Source: the human T2T-CHM13v2.0 reference genome, Homo sapiens. Taken from it: a stretch of DNA of 64,000 nt. Each line of letters begins with the position of its first letter. Position 1 is the stretch's first letter. The stretch is from assembly GCF_009914755.1 (NCBI RefSeq), contig NC_060941.1, one strand, 5' to 3'. The notes under the pieces were generated by a model that was not told where the DNA came from, ran no database searches, and was given only the letters and a program-made list of their open reading frames with translations. This document shows positions 53,601 through 64,000 of the stretch, piece after piece. A program made the position numbers and the translations under genes.

Positions 53601-56600
53601 AGAAACTTCTTTGTGATGCTTGCATTCAACTCACAGAGTTGAACTTTCCTTTCGAGAGAGAAGCTTTGAAACACTCTTTTTCCAGAATCTGCAAGTGGAC
53701 ATTTGGAGGGCTTTGAGGCCTGTGGTGGAAAAGGAATTATCTTCCCGTAAAAGCTAGATAGAAGCATTCTCAGAAACTACTTTGTGATGATTGCATTCAA
53801 GTCACAGAGTTGAACATTCCCTTTGACAGAGCAGTTTGGAAACTCTCTTTGTGTAGAATCTGCAAGTGGAGATATGGACCGCTTTGAGGCCTATGGTAGT
53901 AAAGGAAATAGCTTCATATAAAAGCTAGACAGTAGCATTCACAGAAAACTCTTGGTGACGACTGAGTTTAACTCACAGAGCTGAACATTCCTTTGGATGG
54001 AGCAGTTTCGAAACACACTATTTGTAGAATGTGCAAGTGGATATTTAGGCCTCTCTGAGGATTTCGTTGGAAACGGGATAAACCGCACAGAACTAAACAG
54101 AAGCATTCTCAGAACCTTCTTCGTGATGTTTGCATTCAACTCACAGTGTTGAACCTTTCTTTGATAGTTCAGGTTTGAAACGGTCTTTCTGTAGAAACTG
54201 CAAGTAGATATTTGGACCTCTCTGAGGATTTCGTTGGAAACGGGATAACCCGCACAGAACTAAAACAGAAGCATTCTCAGAACCCTCTTCGTGATGTTTG
54301 CATTCAACTCACAGTGCTGAACCTTTCTTTGATAGTTCAGCTTTGAAACACTCTTTTTGTAGAAACTGCAAGTGGATATTTGGTCCTCTCTGAGCATTTC
54401 GTTGGAAACGGGATAAACTGCACAGAACTAAACAGAAGCATTCTCAGAACCTTCTTCGTGATGTCTGCATTCAACTCACAGTGTGGAACCTTTCTTTGAT
54501 AGTTCAGGTTTGAAACACTCTTTTTGTAGAAACTGCAAGGGGATAATTGCACTCTTTGAGGAGTACCGTAGTAAAGGAAATAACTTCCTATAAAAAGAAG
54601 ACAGAAGCTTTCTCAGAAAATTCTTTGGGATGATTGAGTTGAACTCACAGAGCTGAGCATTCCTTGCGATGTAGCAGTTTAGAAACACACTTTCTGCAGA
54701 ATCTGCAAGTGCATATTTGGACCTCTGTGAGGAATTCGTTGGAAACGGGATAATTTCAGCTGACTAAACAGAAGCAGTCTCAGAATCTTCTTTGTGATGT
54801 TTGCATTCAAATCCCCGAGTTGAACTTTCCTTTCAAAGTTCACGTTTGAAACACTCTTTTTGCAGGATCTACAAGTGGATATTTGGACCACTCTGTGTCC
54901 TTCGATCGAAACGGGTATATCTTCACATGACATCTAGACAGAAGCATCCTCAGAAGCTTCTCTGTGATGACTGCATTCAACTCACGGAGTTGAACACTCC
55001 TTTTGAGAGCGCAGTTTTGAAACTCTCTTTCTGTGGCATCTGCAAGGGGACATGTAGACCTCTTTGAAGATTTCGTTGGAAACGGAATCATCTTCACATA
55101 AAAACTACACAGATGCATTCTCAGGAACTTTTTGGTGATGTTTGTATTCAACTCCCAGAGTTGAACTTTCCTTTGGAAAGAGCAGCTATGAAACACTGTT
55201 TTTCTAGAATCTGCAAGTGGACGTTTGGAGGGCTTTGTGGTTTGTGGTGGAAAAGGAAATATCTTCACCTAAATACTAGATAGAAGCATTCTCAGAAACT
55301 GCTTTGTGATGATTGCATTCACCTCACAGAGTTGAACATTCCTATTGATAGAGCAGTTTGGAAACACTCTTGTTGTGGAATGTGCAAGTGGAGATTTGGA
55401 GCGCTTTGAGGCCTATGGTAGTAAAGGGAATAGCTTCATAGAAAAACTAGACAGAAGCATTCTCAGAAAATACTTTGTGATGATTGAGTTTAACTCACAG
55501 AGCTGAACATTCCTTTGGATGGAGCAGGTTTGAGACACACTTTTTGTAGAATCTACAAGTGGATATTTGGACCTCTCTGAGGATTTCGTTGGAAACGGGA
55601 TAACTGCACCTAACTAAACGGAAGCATTCTCAGAAACTTCTTGGTGATGTTTGCATTCAAATCCCAGAGTTGAACCTTCCTTTGATAGTTCAGGTTTGAA
55701 ACACTCTTTTTGTAGGATCTGCAAGTGGATATTTGGACCACTCTGTGGCCTTCGTTCGAAACGGGTATATCTTCGCATAAAATCTAGACAGAAGCCTTCT
55801 CAGAAACTTCTCTGTGATGATTGCATTCAACTCACAGAGTTGAACCCTCCTATGGATAGAGCAGTGTTGAAACTCTCTTTTTGTGGAATCTGCAAGTGGA
55901 TACGTGGACCTCTCCGAAGATGTCTTTGGAAACGGGAATATCTTCACATAAAAACTAAACAGAAGCATTCTCAGAAACTTCTCTGTGATGTTTGTGTTCA
56001 ACTCCCAGAGTTTCACATTGCTTTTCATAGAGTAGTTCTGAAACATGCTTTTCGTAGTGTCTACAAGTGGACATTTGGAGCGCTTTCAGGCCTGTGGTGG
56101 AAAACGAATTATGGTCACATAAAAACTGGAGAGAAGCATTGTCAGAAACTTCTTTGTGATGATTGCATTCAACTCACAGAGTTGAAGGTTCCTTTTCAAA
56201 GAGCAGTTTCCAATCACTCTTTCTGTGGAATCTGCAAGTGGATATTTGGACCTATTTTGAAGATTTCGTTGGAAACGGGAGAATCTTCACAGGAAAGCTA
56301 AACAGAAGCATTCTCAGAAACTTCTTTGTGATGCTTGCATTCAACTCACAGAGTTGAACTTTCCTTTCGAGAGAGAAGCTTTGAAACACTCTTTTTCCAG
56401 AATCTGCAAGTGGACATTTGGAGGGCTTTGAGGCCTGTGGTGGAAAAGGAATTATCTTCCCGTAAAAGCTAGATAGAAGCATTCTCAGAAACTACTTTGT
56501 GATGATTGCATTCAAGTCACAGAGTTGAACATTCCCTTTGACAGAGCAGTTTGGAAACTCTCTTTGTGTAGAATCTGCAAGTGGAGATATGGACCGCTTT

Positions 56601-59600
56601 GAGGCCTATGGTAGTAAAGGAAATAGCTTCATATAAAAGCTAGACAGTAGCATTCACAGAAAACTCTTGGTGACGACTGAGTTTAACTCACAGAGCTGAA
56701 CATTCCTTTGGATGGAGCAGTTTCGAAACACACTATTTGTAGAATGTGCAAGTGGATATTTAGGCCTCTCTGAGGATTTCGTTGGAAACGGGATAAACCG
56801 CACAGAACTAAACAGAAGCATTCTCAGAACCTTCTTCGTGATGTTTGCATTCAACTCACAGTGTTGAACCTTTCTTTGATAGTTCAGGTTTGAAACGGTC
56901 TTTCTGTAGAAACTGCAAGTAGATATTTGGACCTCTCTGAGGATTTCGTTGGAAACGGGATAACCCGCACAGAACTAAAACAGAAGCATTCTCAGAACCC
57001 TCTTCGTGATGTTTGCATTCAACTCACAGTGCTGAACCTTTCTTTGATAGTTCAGCTTTGAAACACTCTTTTTGTAGAAACTGCAAGTGGATATTTGGTC
57101 CTCTCTGAGCATTTCGTTGGAAACGGGATAAACTGCACAGAACTAAACAGAAGCATTCTCAGAACCTTCTTCGTGATGTCTGCATTCAACTCACAGTGTG
57201 GAACCTTTCTTTGATAGTTCAGGTTTGAAACACTCTTTTTGTAGAAACTGCAAGGGGATAATTGCACTCTTTGAGGAGTACCGTAGTAAAGGAAATAACT
57301 TCCTATAAAAAGAAGACAGAAGCTTTCTCAGAAAATTCTTTGGGATGATTGAGTTGAACTCACAGAGCTGAGCATTCCTTGCGATGTAGCAGTTTAGAAA
57401 CACACTTTCTGCAGAATCTGCAAGTGCATATTTGGACCTCTGTGAGGAATTCGTTGGAAACGGGATAATTTCAGCTGACTAAACAGAAGCAGTCTCAGAA
57501 TCTTCTTTGTGATGTTTGCATTCAAATCCCCGAGTTGAACTTTCCTTTCAAAGTTCACGTTTGAAACACTCTTTTTGCAGGATCTACAAGTGGATATTTG
57601 GACCACTCTGTGTCCTTCGATCGAAACGGGTATATCTTCACATGACATCTAGACAGAAGCATCCTCAGAAGCTTCTCTGTGATGACTGCATTCAACTCAC
57701 GGAGTTGAACACTCCTTTTGAGAGCGCAGTTTTGAAACTCTCTTTCTGTGGCATCTGCAAGGGGACATGTAGACCTCTTTGAAGATTTCGTTGGAAACGG
57801 AATCATCTTCACATAAAAACTACACAGATGCATTCTCAGGAACTTTTTGGTGATGTTTGTATTCAACTCCCAGAGTTGAACTTTCCTTTGGAAAGAGCAG
57901 CTATGAAACACTGTTTTTCTAGAATCTGCAAGTGGACGTTTGGAGGGCTTTGTGGTTTGTGGTGGAAAAGGAAATATCTTCACCTAAATACTAGATAGAA
58001 GCATTCTCAGAAACTGCTTTGTGATGATTGCATTCACCTCACAGAGTTGAACATTCCTATTGATAGAGCAGTTTGGAAACACTCTTGTTGTGGAATGTGC
58101 AAGTGGAGATTTGGAGCGCTTTGAGGCCTATGGTAGTAAAGGGAATAGCTTCATAGAAAAACTAGACAGAAGCATTCTCAGAAAATACTTTGTGATGATT
58201 GAGTTTAACTCACAGAGCTGAACATTCCTTTGGATGGAGCAGGTTTGAGACACACTTTTTGTAGAATCTACAAGTGGATATTTGGACCTCTCTGAGGATT
58301 TCGTTGGAAACGGGATAACTGCACCTAACTAAACGGAAGCATTCTCAGAAACTTCTTGGTGATGTTTGCATTCAAATCCCAGAGTTGAACCTTCCTTTGA
58401 TAGTTCAGGTTTGAAACACTCTTTTTGTAGGATCTGCAAGTGGATATTTGGACCACTCTGTGGCCTTCGTTCGAAACGGGTATATCTTCGCATAAAATCT
58501 AGACAGAAGCCTTCTCAGAAACTTCTCTGTGATGATTGCATTCAACTCACAGAGTTGAACCCTCCTATGGATAGAGCAGTGTTGAAACTCTCTTTTTGTG
58601 GAATCTGCAAGTGGATACGTGGACCTCTCCGAAGATGTCTTTGGAAACGGGAATATCTTCACATAAAAACTAAACAGAAGCATTCTCAGAAACTTCTCTG
58701 TGATGTTTGTGTTCAACTCCCAGAGTTTCACATTGCTTTTCATAGAGTAGTTCTGAAACATGCTTTTCGTAGTGTCTACAAGTGGACATTTGGAGCGCTT
58801 TCAGGCCTGTGGTGGAAAACGAATTATGGTCACATAAAAACTGGAGAGAAGCATTGTCAGAAACTTCTTTGTGATGATTGCATTCAACTCACAGAGTTGA
58901 AGGTTCCTTTTCAAAGAGCAGTTTCCAATCACTCTTTCTGTGGAATCTGCAAGTGGATATTTGGACCTATTTTGAAGATTTCGTTGGAAACGGGAGAATC
59001 TTCACAGGAAAGCTAAACAGAAGCATTCTCAGAAACTTCTTTGTGATGCTTGCATTCAACTCACAGAGTTGAACTTTCCTTTCGAGAGAGAAGCTTTGAA
59101 ACACTCTTTTTCCAGAATCTGCAAGTGGACATTTGGAGGGCTTTGAGGCCTGTGGTGGAAAAGGAATTATCTTCCCGTAAAAGCTAGATAGAAGCATTCT
59201 CAGAAACTACTTTGTGATGATTGCATTCAAGTCACAGAGTTGAACATTCCCTTTGACAGAGCAGTTTGGAAACTCTCTTTGTGTAGAATCTGCAAGTGGA
59301 GATATGGACCGCTTTGAGGCCTATGGTAGTAAAGGAAATAGCTTCATATAAAAGCTAGACAGTAGCATTCACAGAAAACTCTTGGTGACGACTGAGTTTA
59401 ACTCACAGAGCTGAACATTCCTTTGGATGGAGCAGTTTCGAAACACACTATTTGTAGAATGTGCAAGTGGATATTTAGGCCTCTCTGAGGATTTCGTTGG
59501 AAACGGGTTAAACCGCACAGAACTAAACAGAAGCATTCTCAGAACCTTCTTCGTGATGTTTGCATTCAACTCACAGTGTTGAACCTTTCTTTGATAGTTC

Positions 59601-62600
59601 AGGTTTGAAACGGTCTTTCTGCAGAAACTGCAAGTAGATATTTGGACCGCTCTGAGGATTTCGTTGGAAACGGGATAACCCGCACAGAACTAAAACAGAA
59701 GCCTTCTCAGAACCCTCTTCGTGATGTTTGCATTCAACTCACAGTGCTGAACCTTTCTTTGATAGTTCAGCTTTGAAACACTCTTTTTGTAGAAACTGCA
59801 AGTGGATATTTGGTCCTCTCTGAGCATTTCGTTGGAAACGGGATAAACTGCACAGAACTAAACAGAAGCATTCTCAGAACCTTCTTCGTGATGTCTGCAT
59901 TCAACTCACAGTGTGGAACCTTTCTTTGATAGTTCAGGTTTGAAACACTCTTTTTGTAGAAACTGCAAGGGGATAATTGCACTCTTTGAGGAGTACCGTA
60001 GTAAAGGAAATAACTTCCTATAAAAAGAAGACAGAAGCTTTCTCAGAAAATTCTTTGGGATGATTGAGTTGAACTCACAGAGCTGAGCATTCCTTGCGAT
60101 GTAGCAGTTTAGAAACACACTTTCTGCAGAATCTGCAAGTGCATATTTGGACCTCTGTGAGGAATTCGTTGGAAACGGGATAATTTCAGCTGACTAAACA
60201 GAAGCAGTCTCAGAATCTTCTTTGTGATGTTTGCATTCAAATCCCCGAGTTGAACTTTCCTTTCAAAGTTCACGTTTGAAACACTCTTTTTGCAGGATCT
60301 ACAAGTGGATATTTGGACCACTCTGTGTCCTTCGTTCGAAACGGGTATATCTTCACATGACATCTAGACAGAAGCATCCTCAGAAGCTTCTCTGTGATGA
60401 CTGCATTCAACTCACGGAGTTGAACACTCCTTTTGAGAGCGCAGTTTTGAAACTCTCTTTCTGTGGCATCTGCAAGGGGACATGTAGACCTCTTTGAAGA
60501 TTTCGTTGGAAACGGAATCATCTTCACATAAAAACTATACAGATGCATTCTCAGGAACTTTTTGGTGATGTTTGTATTCAACTCCCAGAGTTGAACTTTC
60601 CTTTGGAAAGAGCAGCTATGAAACACTCTTTTTCTAGAATCTGCAAGTGGACGTTTGGAGGGCTTTGTGGTTTGTGGTGGAAAAGGAAATATCTTCACCT
60701 AAATACTAGATAGAAGCATTCTCAGAAACTGCTTTGTGATGATTGCATTCACCTCACAGAGTTGAACATTCCTATTGATAGAGCAGTTTGGAAACACTCT
60801 TGTTGTGGAATGTGCAAGTGGAGATTTGGAGCGCTTTGAGGCCTATGGTAGTAAAGGGAATAGCTTCATAGAAAAACTAGACAGAAGCATTCTCAGAAAA
60901 TACTTTGTGATGATTGAGTTTAACTCACAGAGCTGAACATTCCTTTGGATGGAGCAGGTTTGAGACACACTTTTTGTAGAATCTACAAGTGGATATTTGG
61001 ACCTCTCTGAGGATTTCGTTGGAAACGGGATAACTGCACCTAACTAAACGGAAGCATTCTCAGAAACTTCTTGGTGATGTTTGCATTCAAATCCCAGAGT
61101 TGAACCTTCCTTTGATAGTTCAGGTTTGAAACACTCTTTTTGTAGGATCTGCAAGTGGATATTTGGACCACTCTGTGGCCTTCGTTCGAAACGGGTATAT
61201 CTTCGCATAAAATCTAGACAGAAGCCTTCTCAGAAACTTCTCTGTGATGATTGCATTCAACTCACAGAGTTGAACCCTCCTATGGATAGAGCAGTGTTGA
61301 AACTCTCTTTTTGTGGAATCTGCAAGTGGATATGTGGACCTCTCCGAAGATGTCTTTGGAAACGGGAATATCTTCACATAAAAACTAAACAGAAGCATTC
61401 TCAGAAACTTCTCTGTGATGTTTGTGTTCAACTCCCAGAGTTTCACATTGCTTTTCATAGAGTAGTTCTGAAACATGCTTTTCGTAGTGTCTACAAGTGG
61501 ACATTTGGAGCGCTTTCAGGCCTGTGGTGGAAAACGAATTATGGTCACATAAAAACTGGAGAGAAGCATTGTCAGAAACTTCTTTGTGATGATTGCATTC
61601 AACTCACAGAGTTGAAGGTTCCTTTTCAAAGAGCAGTTTCCAATCACTCTTTCTGTGGAATCTGCAAGTGGATATTTGGACCTATTTTGAAGATTTCGTT
61701 GGAAACGGGAGAATCTTCACAGGAAAGCTAAACAGAAGCATTCTCAGAAACTTCTTTGTGATGCTTGCATTCAACTCACAGAGTTGAACTTTCCTTTCGA
61801 GAGAGAAGCTTTGAAACACTCTTTTTCCAGAATCTGCAAGTGGACATTTGGAGGGCTTTGAGGCCTGTGGTGGAAAAGGAATTATCTTCCCGTAAAAGCT
61901 AGATAGAAGCATTCTCAGAAACTACTTTGTGATGATTGCATTCAAGTCACAGAGTTGAACATTCCCTTTGACAGAGCAGTTTGGAAACTCTCTTTGTGTA
62001 GAATCTGCAAGTGGAGATATGGACCGCTTTGAGGCCTATGGTAGTAAAGGAAATAGCTTCATATAAAAGCTAGACAGTAGCATTCACAGAAAACTCTTGG
62101 TGACGACTGAGTTTAACTCACAGAGCTGAACATTCCTTTGGATGGAGCAGTTTCGAAACACACTATTTGTAGAATGTGCAAGTGGATATTTAGGCCTCTC
62201 TGAGGATTTCGTTGGAAACGGGTTAAACCGCACAGAACTAAACAGAAGCATTCTCAGAACCTTCTTCGTGATGTTTGCATTCAACTCACAGTGTTGAACC
62301 TTTCTTTGATAGTTCAGGTTTGAAACGGTCTTTCTGTAGAAACTGCAAGTAGATATTTGGACCTCTCTGAGGATTTCGTTGGAAACGGGATAACCCGCAC
62401 AGAACTAAAACAGAAGCATTCTCAGAACCCTCTTCGTGATGTTTGCATTCAACTCACAGTGCTGAACCTTTCTTTGATAGTTCAGCTTTGAAACACTCTT
62501 TTTGTAGAAACTGCAAGTGGATATTTGGTCCTCTCTGAGCATTTCGTTGGAAACGGGATAAACTGCACAGAACTAAACAGAAGCATTCTCAGAACCTTCT

Positions 62601-64000
62601 TCGTGATGTCTGCATTCAACTCACAGTGTGGAACCTTTCTTTGATAGTTCAGGTTTGAAACACTCTTTTTGTAGAAACTGCAAGGGGATAATTGCACTCT
62701 TTGAGGAGTACCGTAGTAAAGGAAATAACTTCCTATAAAAAGAAGACAGAAGCTTTCTCAGAAAATTCTTTGGGATGATTGAGTTGAACTCACAGAGCTG
62801 AGCATTCCTTGCGATGTAGCAGTTTAGAAACACACTTTCTGCAGAATCTGCAAGTGCATATTTGGACCTCTGTGAGGAATTCGTTGGAAACGGGATAATT
62901 TCAGCTGACTAAACAGAAGCAGTCTCAGAATCTTCTTTGTGATGTTTGCATTCAAATCCCCGAGTTGAACTTTCCTTTCAAAGTTCACGTTTGAAACACT
63001 CTTTTTGCAGGATCTACAAGTGGATATTTGGACCACTCTGTGTCCTTCGTTCGAAACGGGTATATCTTCACATGACATCTAGACAGAAGCATCCTCAGAA
63101 GCTTCTCTGTGATGACTGCATTCAACTCACGGAGTTGAACACTCCTTTTGAGAGCGCAGTTTTGAAACTCTCTTTCTGTGGCATCTGCAAGGGGACACGT
63201 AGACCTCTTTGAAGATTTCGTTGGAAACGGAATCATCTTCACATAAAAACTATACAGACGCATTCTCAGGAACTTTTTGGTGATGTTTGTATTCAACTCC
63301 CAGAGTTGAACTTTCCTTTGGAAAGAGCAGCTATGAAACACTCTTTTTCTAGAATCTGCAAGTGGACGTTTGGAGGGCTTTGTGGTTTGTGGTGGAAAAG
63401 GAAATATCTTCACCTAAATACTAGATAGAAGCATTCTCAGAAACTGCTTTGTGATGATTGCATTCACCTCACAGAGTTGAACATTCCTATTGATAGAGCA
63501 GTTTGGAAACACTCTTGTTGTGGAATGTGCAAGTGGAGATTTGGAGCGCTTTGAGGCCTATGGTAGTAAAGGGAATAGCTTCATAGAAAAACTAGACAGA
63601 AGCATTCTCAGAAAATACTTTGTGATGATTGAGTTTAACTCACAGAGCTGAACATTCCTTTGGATGGAGCAGGTTTGAGACACACTTTTTGTAGAATCTA
63701 CAAGTGGATATTTGGACCTCTCTGAGGATTTCGTTGGAAACGGGATAACTGCACCTAACTAAACGGAAGCATTCTCAGAAACTTCTTGGTGATGTTTGCA
63801 TTCAAATCCCAGAGTTGAACCTTCCTTTGATAGTTCAGGTTTGAAACACTCTTTTTGTAGGATCTGCAAGTGGATATTTGGACCACTCTGTGGCCTTCGT
63901 TCGAAACGGGTATATCTTCGCATAAAATCTAGACAGAAGCCTTCTCAGAAACTTCTCTGTGATGATTGCATTCAACTCACAGAGTTGAACCCTCCTATGG

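Larger units (their letters stand above)
1..64000 (+). repeat. Alpha-satellite (alphoid) centromeric tandem array of 167-172 bp monomers, head-to-tail and uninterrupted
   Basis: Seen: the motifs GAAGCATTCTCAGAAACTTCTTTGTGATG, CATTCAACTCACAGAGTTGAAC, TTGAAACACTCTTTTTGTAGAATCTGCAAGTGGATATTTGG and TTTCGTTGGAAACGGGA recur every ~170 bp from the first base to the last. Established: these are hallmark segments of the primate alpha-satellite consensus. Confidence 0.99.
1..64000 (+). repeat. D17Z1: 16-monomer, 2,715-bp higher-order repeat array (~23.6 copies), most likely human chr17 D17Z1 (suprachromosomal family 3)
   Basis: Seen: every ORF recurs at exact 2,715-bp offsets (37, 2752, 5467 ... 62482), there are 16 monomers per period and one constant EcoRI site per period. 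Established: D17Z1 is a 2.7-kb EcoRI 16-mer with pentameric ancestry shared with DXZ1, D11Z1 and D1Z5-type arrays. Inference: the chr17 assignment, since no alignment was run. Confidence 0.92.

Noticed and set aside
37-63413. All other recurring 64-142 aa ORFs on both strands
   Set aside because: They overlap on opposite strands, repeat with the HOR period and resemble no protein family I recognise. One is truncated by a stop in U10/U11 with no sign of constraint. They are typical spurious satellite ORFs.
97-64000. Regularly spaced TTTCGTTGGAAACGGGA motif as a possible CRISPR repeat
   Set aside because: The intervening sequences are homologous ~150-bp or longer satellite segments rather than unique spacers, there are no cas genes, and the motif is the CENP-B box.
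1-64000. Embedded L1/Alu insertion, inversion or non-satellite island
   Set aside because: The exact 2,715-bp phase is held from start to end, and no poly-A tail, strand switch or foreign sequence was seen.
1-64000. Alternative array identities (DXZ1 12-mer, D11Z1 5-mer, D17Z1-B 14-mer)
   Set aside because: These share pentameric ancestry, but their unit sizes do not fit the observed 16 monomers and 2,715 bp.

Overview
The whole 64-kb window is one uninterrupted, single-orientation array of primate alpha-satellite DNA. It is organised as a 16-monomer higher-order repeat (HOR) of exactly 2,715 bp: 23 complete copies plus 1,555 bp of a 24th, with unit Un starting at 1+2715*(n-1). The 16-mer/2.7-kb size, one constant EcoRI site per unit, the internal pentamer structure and three near-identical adjacent monomers match the human chromosome 17 centromeric array D17Z1 (suprachromosomal family 3). 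That assignment is from recognition, not from an alignment. Each HOR has 8 CENP-B boxes with all core bases intact, 2 degenerate boxes and 6 box-less monomers. I find no genes, RNA genes, transposons or CRISPR arrays; all ORFs are by-products of the repeat. I found no evidence of a new biological system. The notable structure lies in the sparse substitutions, which show recurring multi-HOR blocks, mosaic units, an extra polymorphic EcoRI site and a haplotype change near 59.5 kb. Variants were read by eye with the ORF track as a guide, so a few silent differences may have been missed.
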